This document shows positions 56,975-64,000 of a stretch of 64,000 bases of DNA, piece by piece. The translations under genes were made by a program, and so were the position numbers. This DNA comes from a virus: positions 1 to 64,000 of IMG/VR virus record IMGVR_UViG_3300032356_000182. One strand, written 5' to 3'. Each line of letters opens with the position of its first letter. Position 1 is the first letter of the stretch. The notes under the pieces were generated by a model. That model had not been told where the DNA came from and made no database searches. It saw only the letters and a list, made by a program, of their open reading frames with translations.

Positions 56975-58186
56975 GTGCCAATGAGAAAACAAGAAGTTGT
57001 TGTTCATTTTCAGCCTGTAAAGCTCAGTGAGGAAACTACAGAGAAGAAGTGGATTGATTTGGTTATGGATGGCGAATATATCAGCATGGACGGTAGTCCT
57101 GTTGTTATTAAGCCTTCCGACATTGAGATGTATATCAGAAATTTTGAAAAGAATGTACGTGGCCAAGAGATTCCTATCACTGTAGATCATCCTGAGCAAG
57201 GAGGAATAGCTGCTGGATGGTTAGAGAAACTTCGAGCAGTAAAGCGGTGGGTTACGACGATTGATGGAAAAAAGGTTTTGAAAACTGTTCTGCAAGGGCT
57301 GCCATCTTGGACCCCCTATGGGAGAGAAAGAGTTGCTAATCGAGAATATCGCTATATTAGCGCTGAACTTCTTCCTAACGCTTTACGTGCTGTTAGTTTG
57401 GTTAATTTTCCAGCGGTTAAGGGTATGCAACCAGTCGAGCTTGGAGAAAATAAAACTGATGGGATGATTCACAAATATCTAATTGGAGGTGATTTATCAA
57501 TGGATGAGACGAAGCCGATCACAGAAGAAGACGCGATTGATGCGTTGGCCGAAAGCATTGTAGATAAGGTTATAGCAGCCTTTGAAGAAGATCAAGATCA
57601 GCCCGAAGACGAGGAAGATGCGAAAGAGTTTGGTGAAGATCTTGACGATGAAGATCTTGAGGATCTTGAAGACCTTGATGACGAAGACCTTGAGGAGAGA
57701 AAGAAGCTCGGCGAGAGTCCAGAGGCTTTGCTGGGCTTGATTGAAAGCATTGTTGAAGATAAGATTAAGCCTCTGATGCAAGAAAACAAAAGATTGAGAA
57801 AAAGTCTTAGCGAGACTGAAAGTCTCTTGGGCAAGCTGATGGAAGAGAAGAAGCGGGCAGAGCTTCGGGAAAAAGTTGCTCAAGCAGCTTCATTGGGAGA
57901 TGGCAAGGTTCTGAGTCCTGCTGTTAGATCTCTAATTGAAGAAACTATTGTTTCAGATCCGAAGTGTATCGAAGGTAATGTCTTGAAGCTTGTCAAAGCA
58001 CTTACCCGACAAGATGCAATAGTAACTTTGGGTGAAGTGGGATCGAATTTCAACACTGGAGTACCTGCTCGCGGGACGCCGGAATTTGAGAAAGCTCTTG
58101 ATGCTCGTGCTAAGGAATTGCAAGCTACAAAAGGCTTGTCGTATCTAGCAGCTGCTAAGGAAGCGATGAAAGAATTCAGATCTTGA
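56975..58186 (+). CDS. Mu gpI-like prohead protease fused to scaffold
   Basis: IPITVDH, AAGW, WTPYG...EYRYISAE, VSLVNFPAVKGM; acidic and coiled-coil C-half. Confidence 0.9.
   Translation: MPMRKQEVVVHFQPVKLSEETTEKKWIDLVMDGEYISMDGSPVVIKPSDIEMYIRNFEKNVRGQEIPITVDHPEQGGIAAGWLEKLRAVKRWVTTIDGKKVLKTVLQGLPSWTPYGRERVANREYRYISAELLPNALRAVSLVNFPAVKGMQPVELGENKTDGMIHKYLIGGDLSMDETKPITEEDAIDALAESIVDKVIAAFEEDQDQPEDEEDAKEFGEDLDDEDLEDLEDLDDEDLEERKKLGESPEALLGLIESIVEDKIKPLMQENKRLRKSLSETESLLGKLMEEKKRAELREKVAQAASLGDGKVLSPAVRSLIEETIVSDPKCIEGNVLKLVKALTRQDAIVTLGEVGSNFNTGVPARGTPEFEKALDARAKELQATKGLSYLAAAKEAMKEFRS
57500..58186 (+). CDS. Nested in-frame scaffold protein (Mu gpZ-like)
   Basis: Internal GGAGGT RBS (57485-57490) before in-frame ATG 57500 (MDETKP). 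Confidence 0.65.
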   Translation: MDETKPITEEDAIDALAESIVDKVIAAFEEDQDQPEDEEDAKEFGEDLDDEDLEDLEDLDDEDLEERKKLGESPEALLGLIESIVEDKIKPLMQENKRLRKSLSETESLLGKLMEEKKRAELREKVAQAASLGDGKVLSPAVRSLIEETIVSDPKCIEGNVLKLVKALTRQDAIVTLGEVGSNFNTGVPARGTPEFEKALDARAKELQATKGLSYLAAAKEAMKEFRS

Positions 58187-58213
58187 ACTTAAAAAATAGG
58201 AGGTATTGATAAA

Positions 58214-58630
58214 ATGGTAGTAAGCCAAATTTCTGGCCCGAATAGCGTTCTTGATAAAACTTTTCGGGTTGCTAGTGGGCAAACGATTACTGGGTATCAG
58301 GCGGTTAAGCTGGCTTCGCAGGGCGGTGAGATTGCACTCACGTCAGCAGCATCTGATAGAGTTATCGGTGTAACACAAGTTGACCCCGGCGAAGGTATCA
58401 GTTATGGCGCGGGAAGGCACGTGCCGGTTAGGTTGATGGGAATTACAAAGGTCGTTACTCGTGGTGCTGTTGTTAGCGGGTCTCTTGTGGTTCCTGTAGC
58501 TAACGGCTATGGTGCTGTGGATGATGGAGGGTCAACTGGCAACACTGTGGTGGGAATTGCTCTTGAGAGTGCTTGGACGCATGGTCAGTTGATTAACGTG
58601 CTGTTGACTCCTGGAGTTCATATAGCATAA
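58214..58630 (+). CDS. Capsid cement/decoration protein (DUF2190-like)
   Basis: Gly/Val-rich beta protein, VIGV...VRLMG...VVGIALE...INVLL, between scaffold and MCP. Confidence 0.8.
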   Translation: MVVSQISGPNSVLDKTFRVASGQTITGYQAVKLASQGGEIALTSAASDRVIGVTQVDPGEGISYGAGRHVPVRLMGITKVVTRGAVVSGSLVVPVANGYGAVDDGGSTGNTVVGIALESAWTHGQLINVLLTPGVHIA

Positions 58631-58658
58631 ACTTAAAATTTAAGGGAGGTAATTTAGA

Positions 58659-59651
58659 ATGACTGTTCAAACAGCAGGTCACGTTGATGCAGTTCTTTCG
58701 AACATTAGCGTAGACTTCTCGCAAGGTGAAGGGTTTGTCGCAGATAAGCTTTTCCCGGTTTTTCCGGTGAAGAAAGAGTCTGATGTTTTTTACGTGATGG
58801 GTCGTGAAAAATTTAGGCCTACGGCTACGAAGCGCGCTCGTGGCACCGTAGCTAATACTTGGAAATCGGGCTTCACGACTGATTCATATGTTTGTGAGGA
58901 AGATGCCCTGCAGGGAGCTGTGGATGATCGTGATTATGCCAATTACGATTCTCCGCTTGATCCTGAGGTTGAAGTTGTTCAGGGGCTAACCGCAGTGATT
59001 CAGCTTGGATTTGAGAAAGAGGCAGCTGAGATTATTCGCAACCCTTCTACTTATCCGTCTAGTGATTTGTATGGAAATCCGACTGCAAAGTTTGATACTG
59101 GTGGAACGTCAATCACGATGCAGCGCGATATTATGGTGAAAGCCCGCGCGGTTCAATCTAGAATCGGCAAATGGCCTAATACGATCTTGATTCCTCCGAT
59201 GGTCGCTATGTATATGAGTCTGGATGATGAGATTACGGATCTGGTCAAGTATATCGTCAACAATGCGCCTCTTGACAGTATTCCAGCTCTTATTCGGGGT
59301 GCACAAGATTCGTGGCTCATGCCTTCAGTTCTTTGGGGTATGCGGGTTTTAGTCCCATCGGCTCTTGAGGATACGACAAAAGAATCTCAAGTTAGCAATG
59401 CCACGACAGACATTAAAACGCCGTTGACGGATATTTGGGGCGATGATATCTGGATTGGCTACTGTGAGCCTATGCCTGGTTTGAGAAAAGTATCTTTCGG
59501 ATATACCTTTGAAGCTCGGCCTTTCCAAACCAAGCGGTGGCGGAACGAAGAAGCTGAATCTAATATGTTCCGGGTTTCTAGAATTTCCGTTCGTAAAGTT
59601 ATGTGTAGCGCTGCTGGAGCTCTGCTGACCGATTGCCTCTCTACTGTTTAG
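58659..59651 (+). CDS. Major capsid protein (HK97 fold)
   Basis: VDAVLSNISV...FVADKLFPVFPVKK...; 330 aa; gene position. Confidence 0.88.
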   Translation: MTVQTAGHVDAVLSNISVDFSQGEGFVADKLFPVFPVKKESDVFYVMGREKFRPTATKRARGTVANTWKSGFTTDSYVCEEDALQGAVDDRDYANYDSPLDPEVEVVQGLTAVIQLGFEKEAAEIIRNPSTYPSSDLYGNPTAKFDTGGTSITMQRDIMVKARAVQSRIGKWPNTILIPPMVAMYMSLDDEITDLVKYIVNNAPLDSIPALIRGAQDSWLMPSVLWGMRVLVPSALEDTTKESQVSNATTDIKTPLTDIWGDDIWIGYCEPMPGLRKVSFGYTFEARPFQTKRWRNEEAESNMFRVSRISVRKVMCSAAGALLTDCLSTV

Positions 59652-59693
59652 CATATATGTAGTTATATATGCTAGAGGGCGGGAGGTTGAAGT

Positions 59694-60149
59694 ATGTCTT
59701 ATGGATACGTAAGCAGTGCTGATGAGGTCATAAAATACACGAGAGCGCAGGATTTCAGGCCTCTGCGAGCAGAGGCAAAGTTACATATCAGCGATGTGTG
59801 CTCAATATGCCAAACCATTGCAGAAAGCCGAATAAATCCTGTGCTCTCGAGCTTAGGAATAAACTTGCCTCTGACTGAGGAGGGATCGCCAAACGCTTGG
59901 AAAATCTTAGCATATTTGAATGCTATAGGTGCTGCTTGCACTGTTGACAGAATCGTCTTTACTGAAGTTGGTGTTTCTGCTAAGGATTCTGTACCTTGGA
60001 CATGTACTGAATTTGAGAATCAGCTCAAAGCGCTAGCCGAAGGAAAGATAGATTTAATTGACTTTGGCTTGTCTCCAAGCGATGAGGACATCGGAGAATT
60101 TTTTTACTCTGAAGATATGTATTTTAACGGATTATCAGACGTTTTTTAA
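59694..60149 (+). CDS. Head-tail adaptor/connector (putative)
   Basis: Y.SSADEV...INPVL...G...P..., immediately after MCP. Confidence 0.65.
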   Translation: MSYGYVSSADEVIKYTRAQDFRPLRAEAKLHISDVCSICQTIAESRINPVLSSLGINLPLTEEGSPNAWKILAYLNAIGAACTVDRIVFTEVGVSAKDSVPWTCTEFENQLKALAEGKIDLIDFGLSPSDEDIGEFFYSEDMYFNGLSDVF

Positions 60150-60177
60150 TATTAAGACAGCATGAGGGGATAAGGTT

Positions 60178-61203
60178 TTGGCAGAGAGAGGCAAAAGAAT
60201 AATTTTCTTTATAGAATCAGCGCAAGGAGCATGTACTAGATATAGAGCACATATACCTGCGCATGGTTTAACTAGAGATGGCTGGTATTGTCGAGTTAGC
60301 ACTGAATGGCATCCGAAGATGCTGGATGAGTTTGATTATTACGTTTTTCAAAGAGTAAACGCCAAAGAGGGCCTCGAAGTTATTGATGCTCTAAATGGAG
60401 TAGGCAAGATTACTATATATGATGTTGATGATGATATTCTTCATGTTCCTAACACTTCTCCGGTTAGAGCACTGCTGCGCTCTAACCCAGAGATAGTTGG
60501 GGCTCAGCTTTTAGGAATTTCTTCTTGTGGGCATCTAACTGTTACGACTGAAGCTCTGAAGAGAGTTTATGATTCGTTTAATCCGGATATTTGTGTTTTG
60601 CCTAATATGGTTCGGTTCGAATCTTGGCGTGATGTTAAGCCATTTAGATTTGGAGAACCGAATGATATCGTTTTAGGTTGGGCTGGGAGCAATACACATA
60701 AAGACGCTTTGTTGAAGTTAGAAAAACCAATCAATACTATTATTGATAGGTTTCCGAACGTGAAGTTTCTTGTGATGGGCGATGAGATTCCTTTTGAACT
60801 GCCCGCATCTCGGCATATTGTTGTGCCATGGGGTCTCTATACGTTTTTTCAATCAGTTTTAGCGGGCTTGGATATCGTTTTGGCGCCACTAGGTGAGACT
60901 GTCTTTAATCTATCAAAATCAAATCTGAGGATTCTTGAAGCAGCATCAGCTTCTAAGCCGGTCATAGCTTCTAGTTGGGGTGAATACGAAACTACGATTA
61001 CTCATGGTGTGGATGGTTTCTTGTGTAAAACCGATGAAGATTGGATAGAGGCTATGACATTCTACATACACGATAAAGCTCTTCGAGAAAATCATGCAAT
61101 GAGATTGCGCCAAACGGTGCTTGAGAGAGGCTGGGAAATAAATACCGGCACAAAGATCTGGGTTGATTTTTATCAGAGCTTGAGGAATAAGCTTGGCGCT
61201 TAG
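60178..61203 (+). CDS. GT-B glycosyltransferase inside the neck module
   Basis: YRAHIPA, VFQR, YDVDDD, VTTEAL, VLPN, LGWAGSNTH, DIVLAPL...FNLSKSNLRILE. Confidence 0.88.
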   Translation: MAERGKRIIFFIESAQGACTRYRAHIPAHGLTRDGWYCRVSTEWHPKMLDEFDYYVFQRVNAKEGLEVIDALNGVGKITIYDVDDDILHVPNTSPVRALLRSNPEIVGAQLLGISSCGHLTVTTEALKRVYDSFNPDICVLPNMVRFESWRDVKPFRFGEPNDIVLGWAGSNTHKDALLKLEKPINTIIDRFPNVKFLVMGDEIPFELPASRHIVVPWGLYTFFQSVLAGLDIVLAPLGETVFNLSKSNLRILEAASASKPVIASSWGEYETTITHGVDGFLCKTDEDWIEAMTFYIHDKALRENHAMRLRQTVLERGWEINTGTKIWVDFYQSLRNKLGA

Positions 61204-61789
61204 ACCAAAGTTTTTGCTTAGACTGGAATTCCCAAACTGGAATGAGGTCTATAAACAAATAAAAGCGTCTAGAACCGTAGCGGAAAATGAAGCTAGAAAC
61301 GCTATGCGGGATATAGGGCGTATCTTAGTTCGTCACTTGAAAGCTAAGTGTCCTATCGGGTTTCATTATGATCATGCTGGAATTCCCAGAATGTCTGGAA
61401 ACCTTCGAGCATCAATCGCTTTTAGGACATATGAAAGGGAGAGATTTGGTGCTGGAAGAGATTTTAGCATGGGATTTGAATATCCAAGTGCTGCTGAGGG
61501 CGGTACGTTAGTTCAGATAACGATGGCAGATTATGGTCGCTATACTCTTCCACCTGGAACTAGACCGCACGTTATCTTTCCGAGGAATTCCAGATTTCTA
61601 GTGTTTTATTGGACAAAGCTTCAGAAGCTTATGTTTTTGAAAAAGGTTAATCATCCTGGCTATGAAGGTGACCCCTGGGATATGCGAGCTTTTGAAAGTG
61701 CGAGGCCTGAGATTGAGGAAAGATGGGCTGCTGCTGCCGAAACCTGGCGAGTTTTTACTCGAAGAGTAGGAACTGAATATAATAGATAG
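61193..61789 (+). CDS. Neck/tail-completion protein (HK97 gp10-like)
   Basis: CP...SGNLRASI...GTRPHVIFP...KKVNHPG. Confidence 0.7.
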   Translation: MALRPKFLLRLEFPNWNEVYKQIKASRTVAENEARNAMRDIGRILVRHLKAKCPIGFHYDHAGIPRMSGNLRASIAFRTYERERFGAGRDFSMGFEYPSAAEGGTLVQITMADYGRYTLPPGTRPHVIFPRNSRFLVFYWTKLQKLMFLKKVNHPGYEGDPWDMRAFESARPEIEERWAAAAETWRVFTRRVGTEYNR

Positions 61790-61893
61790 TTAATGAGAAA
61801 GGACGAAAAACTGCTGCTTTGGTTGAAAGGCTAGCGGCGTAATCAGTTCAACAGGATAAGGGGGAGCTGGAAGTACAGGAGAAAAGGCAAAAA

Positions 61894-62076
61894 GTGAGAG
61901 ATCTAGGATATGGAGTAGAGTTAACGATAGGCACTAAGGATGTGGCTATGAACAGAGAATACAATTGGGTTGCGAAAGAGCCGATTGAGCCCAGAGAAAT
62001 CGGGGTAAAGTCCATTAACAACTTGACGTTTAGTACAGCTTGTCAAAATATAAAGATCAATGTTGTTTTAGATTGA
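61894..62076 (+). CDS. Hypothetical protein
   Basis: 60 aa GTG ORF filling the gap. Confidence 0.35.
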   Translation: MRDLGYGVELTIGTKDVAMNREYNWVAKEPIEPREIGVKSINNLTFSTACQNIKINVVLD

Positions 62077-62160
62077 ATAATCAAATAAAATAGAAAAAAT
62101 GAAAGCGGTCGAATATCTCAGTGAGATAGCTTGCTAAATCAGGCAGGAGGTGTATAGAAG

Positions 62161-62745
62161 ATGCCGATTTCAGTATCGTCAATTGAAAAGTATATCAATT
62201 TTGCGAGAGTTTATGTTGGTTGTGCAGTTCCTCCACCAGGAAAGAGTATGTTTACTTATGCTACCAATGGCGTTCCTTCAGGTGGAATAGACGTTGGTGC
62301 TACGCAAGGCGAGTCCAAATTCACATACAAGCCGACCATAGAAGGTGTTGATGTTGAGCAGGCGCCGGTTGAAGTTGCTCCACATATCACCAAGGAGGAG
62401 TGTACTATTGAATTCACTTGCCTTGAAGCAACGGCTGCTCGCATTAAAGATGCTCTCGGTAGTGGTGCGGTTTCTGGAACAGATGGAACTAGTACGGTTA
62501 TTCGCTTTGGTGGTATAACCGCAGTAACGGGGCAGGCAGTTGCTTTGGTCGCAGAGCAAGCAACCAATCCTGGAAAGTATGTTGGCTGTATGATTTACAA
62601 TGCTGTTAATGACGCTGGCTTAGAGCGTACTTTCAAAAGAGGCAAGGAGACTTTGGTCAAATTTACTTTCAAAGGTATGCCCTCAACGGCAGATTTGAAC
62701 AGAGGCGCTGGCGAAATCCTAGGACAGTACGCAGAGCAGACGTAA
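62161..62745 (+). CDS. Major tail tube protein
   Basis: DVGATQGESKFTY, ECTIEFTCLE, IYNAV...TFKRGKET; gene position. Confidence 0.8.
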   Translation: MPISVSSIEKYINFARVYVGCAVPPPGKSMFTYATNGVPSGGIDVGATQGESKFTYKPTIEGVDVEQAPVEVAPHITKEECTIEFTCLEATAARIKDALGSGAVSGTDGTSTVIRFGGITAVTGQAVALVAEQATNPGKYVGCMIYNAVNDAGLERTFKRGKETLVKFTFKGMPSTADLNRGAGEILGQYAEQT

Positions 62746-62807
62746 AGTTAGTTATCTATAGACTTCGGTAAGAGCTAGTTAAAGTGGTATGATGAAGGAG
62801 AATCAGA

Positions 62808-63308
62808 ATGACTGTAGCAAGTAGGCCCAAACTGGCTCCATCTCGAAAAAAGATGGAGCCAGTTTGGTTAAATGTTGGAACTGTAGACGAAGAATTTGAT
62901 GGATGGTGGTTTGCTATTCGTCCTACGGTTTCTTTGGAATTGATAATGAGTTTGTGGGATCCGATAAACTATCTAGGACGCATGCAGATGACTGCCTCTG
63001 GTGCAGGTGTCGGAGAACAAGACTCAGAAAAGGTTCGTGATTTTATTCTGGAATTCGGCAAGAACTTAGCCATAGTGGCAGAAGGCTTGTCTAAAATTCT
63101 CATTGATTGGAATTTTATTGATGAGGTTTCTGGCGACAAGCTGCCATCTCCAGCAGGAAATCCAGAAATTATCAAACAGTTAGATTTGGTGCTTCTAATG
63201 CATGTTGCTATTTTAACTGTTTCTGCTATGAGTGGCTCGGACCCAAACTTCTCAAGGACCCCTATTACGGCAGCGAGTTTGGAGAAAATAGCTCAAGTGT
63301 CGGAGTAG
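62808..63308 (+). CDS. Tail assembly chaperone (lambda G-like)
   Basis: Follows tail tube; ILIDWNF.DE.G..LP; slippery CCCAAAC near the 3' end. Confidence 0.75.
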   Translation: MTVASRPKLAPSRKKMEPVWLNVGTVDEEFDGWWFAIRPTVSLELIMSLWDPINYLGRMQMTASGAGVGEQDSEKVRDFILEFGKNLAIVAEGLSKILIDWNFIDEVSGDKLPSPAGNPEIIKQLDLVLLMHVAILTVSAMSGSDPNFSRTPITAASLEKIAQVSE

Positions 63309-63658
63309 GGGAACCTATCTGTGCGTGTGATATCATAGCAGCCATGTGTCATGATTTTCAAACCTTGCCAGATCGTTTGTTAGCGCAAACTTGTCCGCTA
63401 ATCTTTAATGTCTGGCGTTCATTATCCAAAATACTCTACAATAAAGACATCGGAGATAAACGTTGGGATCTGCTTATAGCTCCGCTACATCGTACAGCGA
63501 TGACAGAAGAAGGTGCGACTCAACAGGCTGAAATGGCCCAAGAGATTGCTGATTCTATTATGTCGCCCGCTGAGAGACGCGAAAGAGCAGAACTTAGGAA
63601 CAGAGAATCGGAAAAGTTGTTAAGATCAATTGGAATAGAAGTCATTAAGCGCGGATGA
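63242..63658 (+). CDS. -1 frameshift extension of the tail chaperone (G-T-like)
   Basis: C CCA AAC heptamer at 63242-63248 in the correct phase; -1 frame open from there into ORF 63344-63658. Confidence 0.7.
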   Translation, partial: PKLLKDPYYGSEFGENSSSVGVGEPICACDIIAAMCHDFQTLPDRLLAQTCPLIFNVWRSLSKILYNKDIGDKRWDLLIAPLHRTAMTEEGATQQAEMAQEIADSIMSPAERRERAELRNRESEKLLRSIGIEVIKRG

Positions 63659-63969
63659 AGGGAGATTTAGCGATGGAGTTAGCTTTTGTAATTCGACAGA
63701 AAACTGATAAGACATTTAGAGTATTGTCAGAAAGAACTATCTGGGTTAGAGTTCCTCACATTGGTGAGTTTATTCACATCGTGTCCGAGAATGGAAAGTC
63801 AACAAAAAAGTATCGTATTCTAGAGGTTAGTACCTATCTTTGGTCTTCAGGTGATATGCTGGTTGTGGAGGGCTCTTCGAAGGCCTCTCGCTCCTATGGG
63901 GAGATAGTGGTTGAGGAGGTATCAGATGCTAAAGTGCGTAGCAGCAATGGCGACATGGAACAGAGCTGA
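63655..63969 (+). CDS. Hypothetical protein
   Basis: 104 aa, ATGA overlap. Confidence 0.55.
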   Translation: MKGDLAMELAFVIRQKTDKTFRVLSERTIWVRVPHIGEFIHIVSENGKSTKKYRILEVSTYLWSSGDMLVVEGSSKASRSYGEIVVEEVSDAKVRSSNGDMEQS

Positions 63970-64000
63970 AATAACGAAGCAGTGCATTGAATCTTATATA

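Noticed and set aside
59649-59674. Terminator after the major capsid gene
   Set aside because: AT-rich 10-bp stem with no U tract; too weak to call
905-63175. Minus-strand and nested alternative-frame ORFs in the track (e.g. 15328-16047, 32873-33535)
   Set aside because: They overlap well-supported + strand genes or promoters and lack motifs; treated as shadow ORFs
1-64000. Integrase, lysogeny or lysis genes, and host assignment
   Set aside because: No such motifs recognised in this window; the host cannot be determined without phylogeny or spacer matches

Overview
This 64 kb window is a segment of a large tailed dsDNA phage, probably a siphovirus-like one, and essentially all credible genes lie on the + strand. 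Layout: (1) 1-7.5 kb, early region with strong sigma70-type promoters, a promoter/22-bp tandem repeat/hairpin unit, an 88-bp inverted repeat and an SF1 helicase. (2) 7.9-29 kb, a near-complete bacterial-style replisome and recombination set (RecA, primase, DnaB, PolA, beta clamp, DnaX, RusA-like, PD-(D/E)XK nuclease), interleaved with a 7-deazaguanine DNA-modification cluster (queD, queE, folE, queC, dpdA-like TGT) that also holds a radical SAM enzyme, a HAD protein and a GTDC1/QTMAN-like glycosyltransferase. (3) 29-36 kb, small accessory genes and a tRNA-like RNA. (4) 36-57 kb, packaging and head module (gpA-type terminase, DUF935 portal, MuF-like protein) interspersed with seven ORFs carrying 15 copies of a 23-aa tag, LGGPGSG(H/F/Y)HGHAGRPGKRGGSAP. 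Thirteen copies head a discrete domain (7 R-S-E ADP-ribosyltransferases, a PARP-like domain, 2 further ART-like candidates, 2 zincin peptidases, an HD hydrolase) and two have no recognisable cargo. (5) 57-64 kb, Mu-like prohead protease/scaffold, capsid, neck and tail genes. The most striking candidate new system is this tag-delimited, shuffled effector set, which I infer is packaged in the capsid and cut apart by the prohead protease. All family assignments come from motif recognition by eye; no database search was run.
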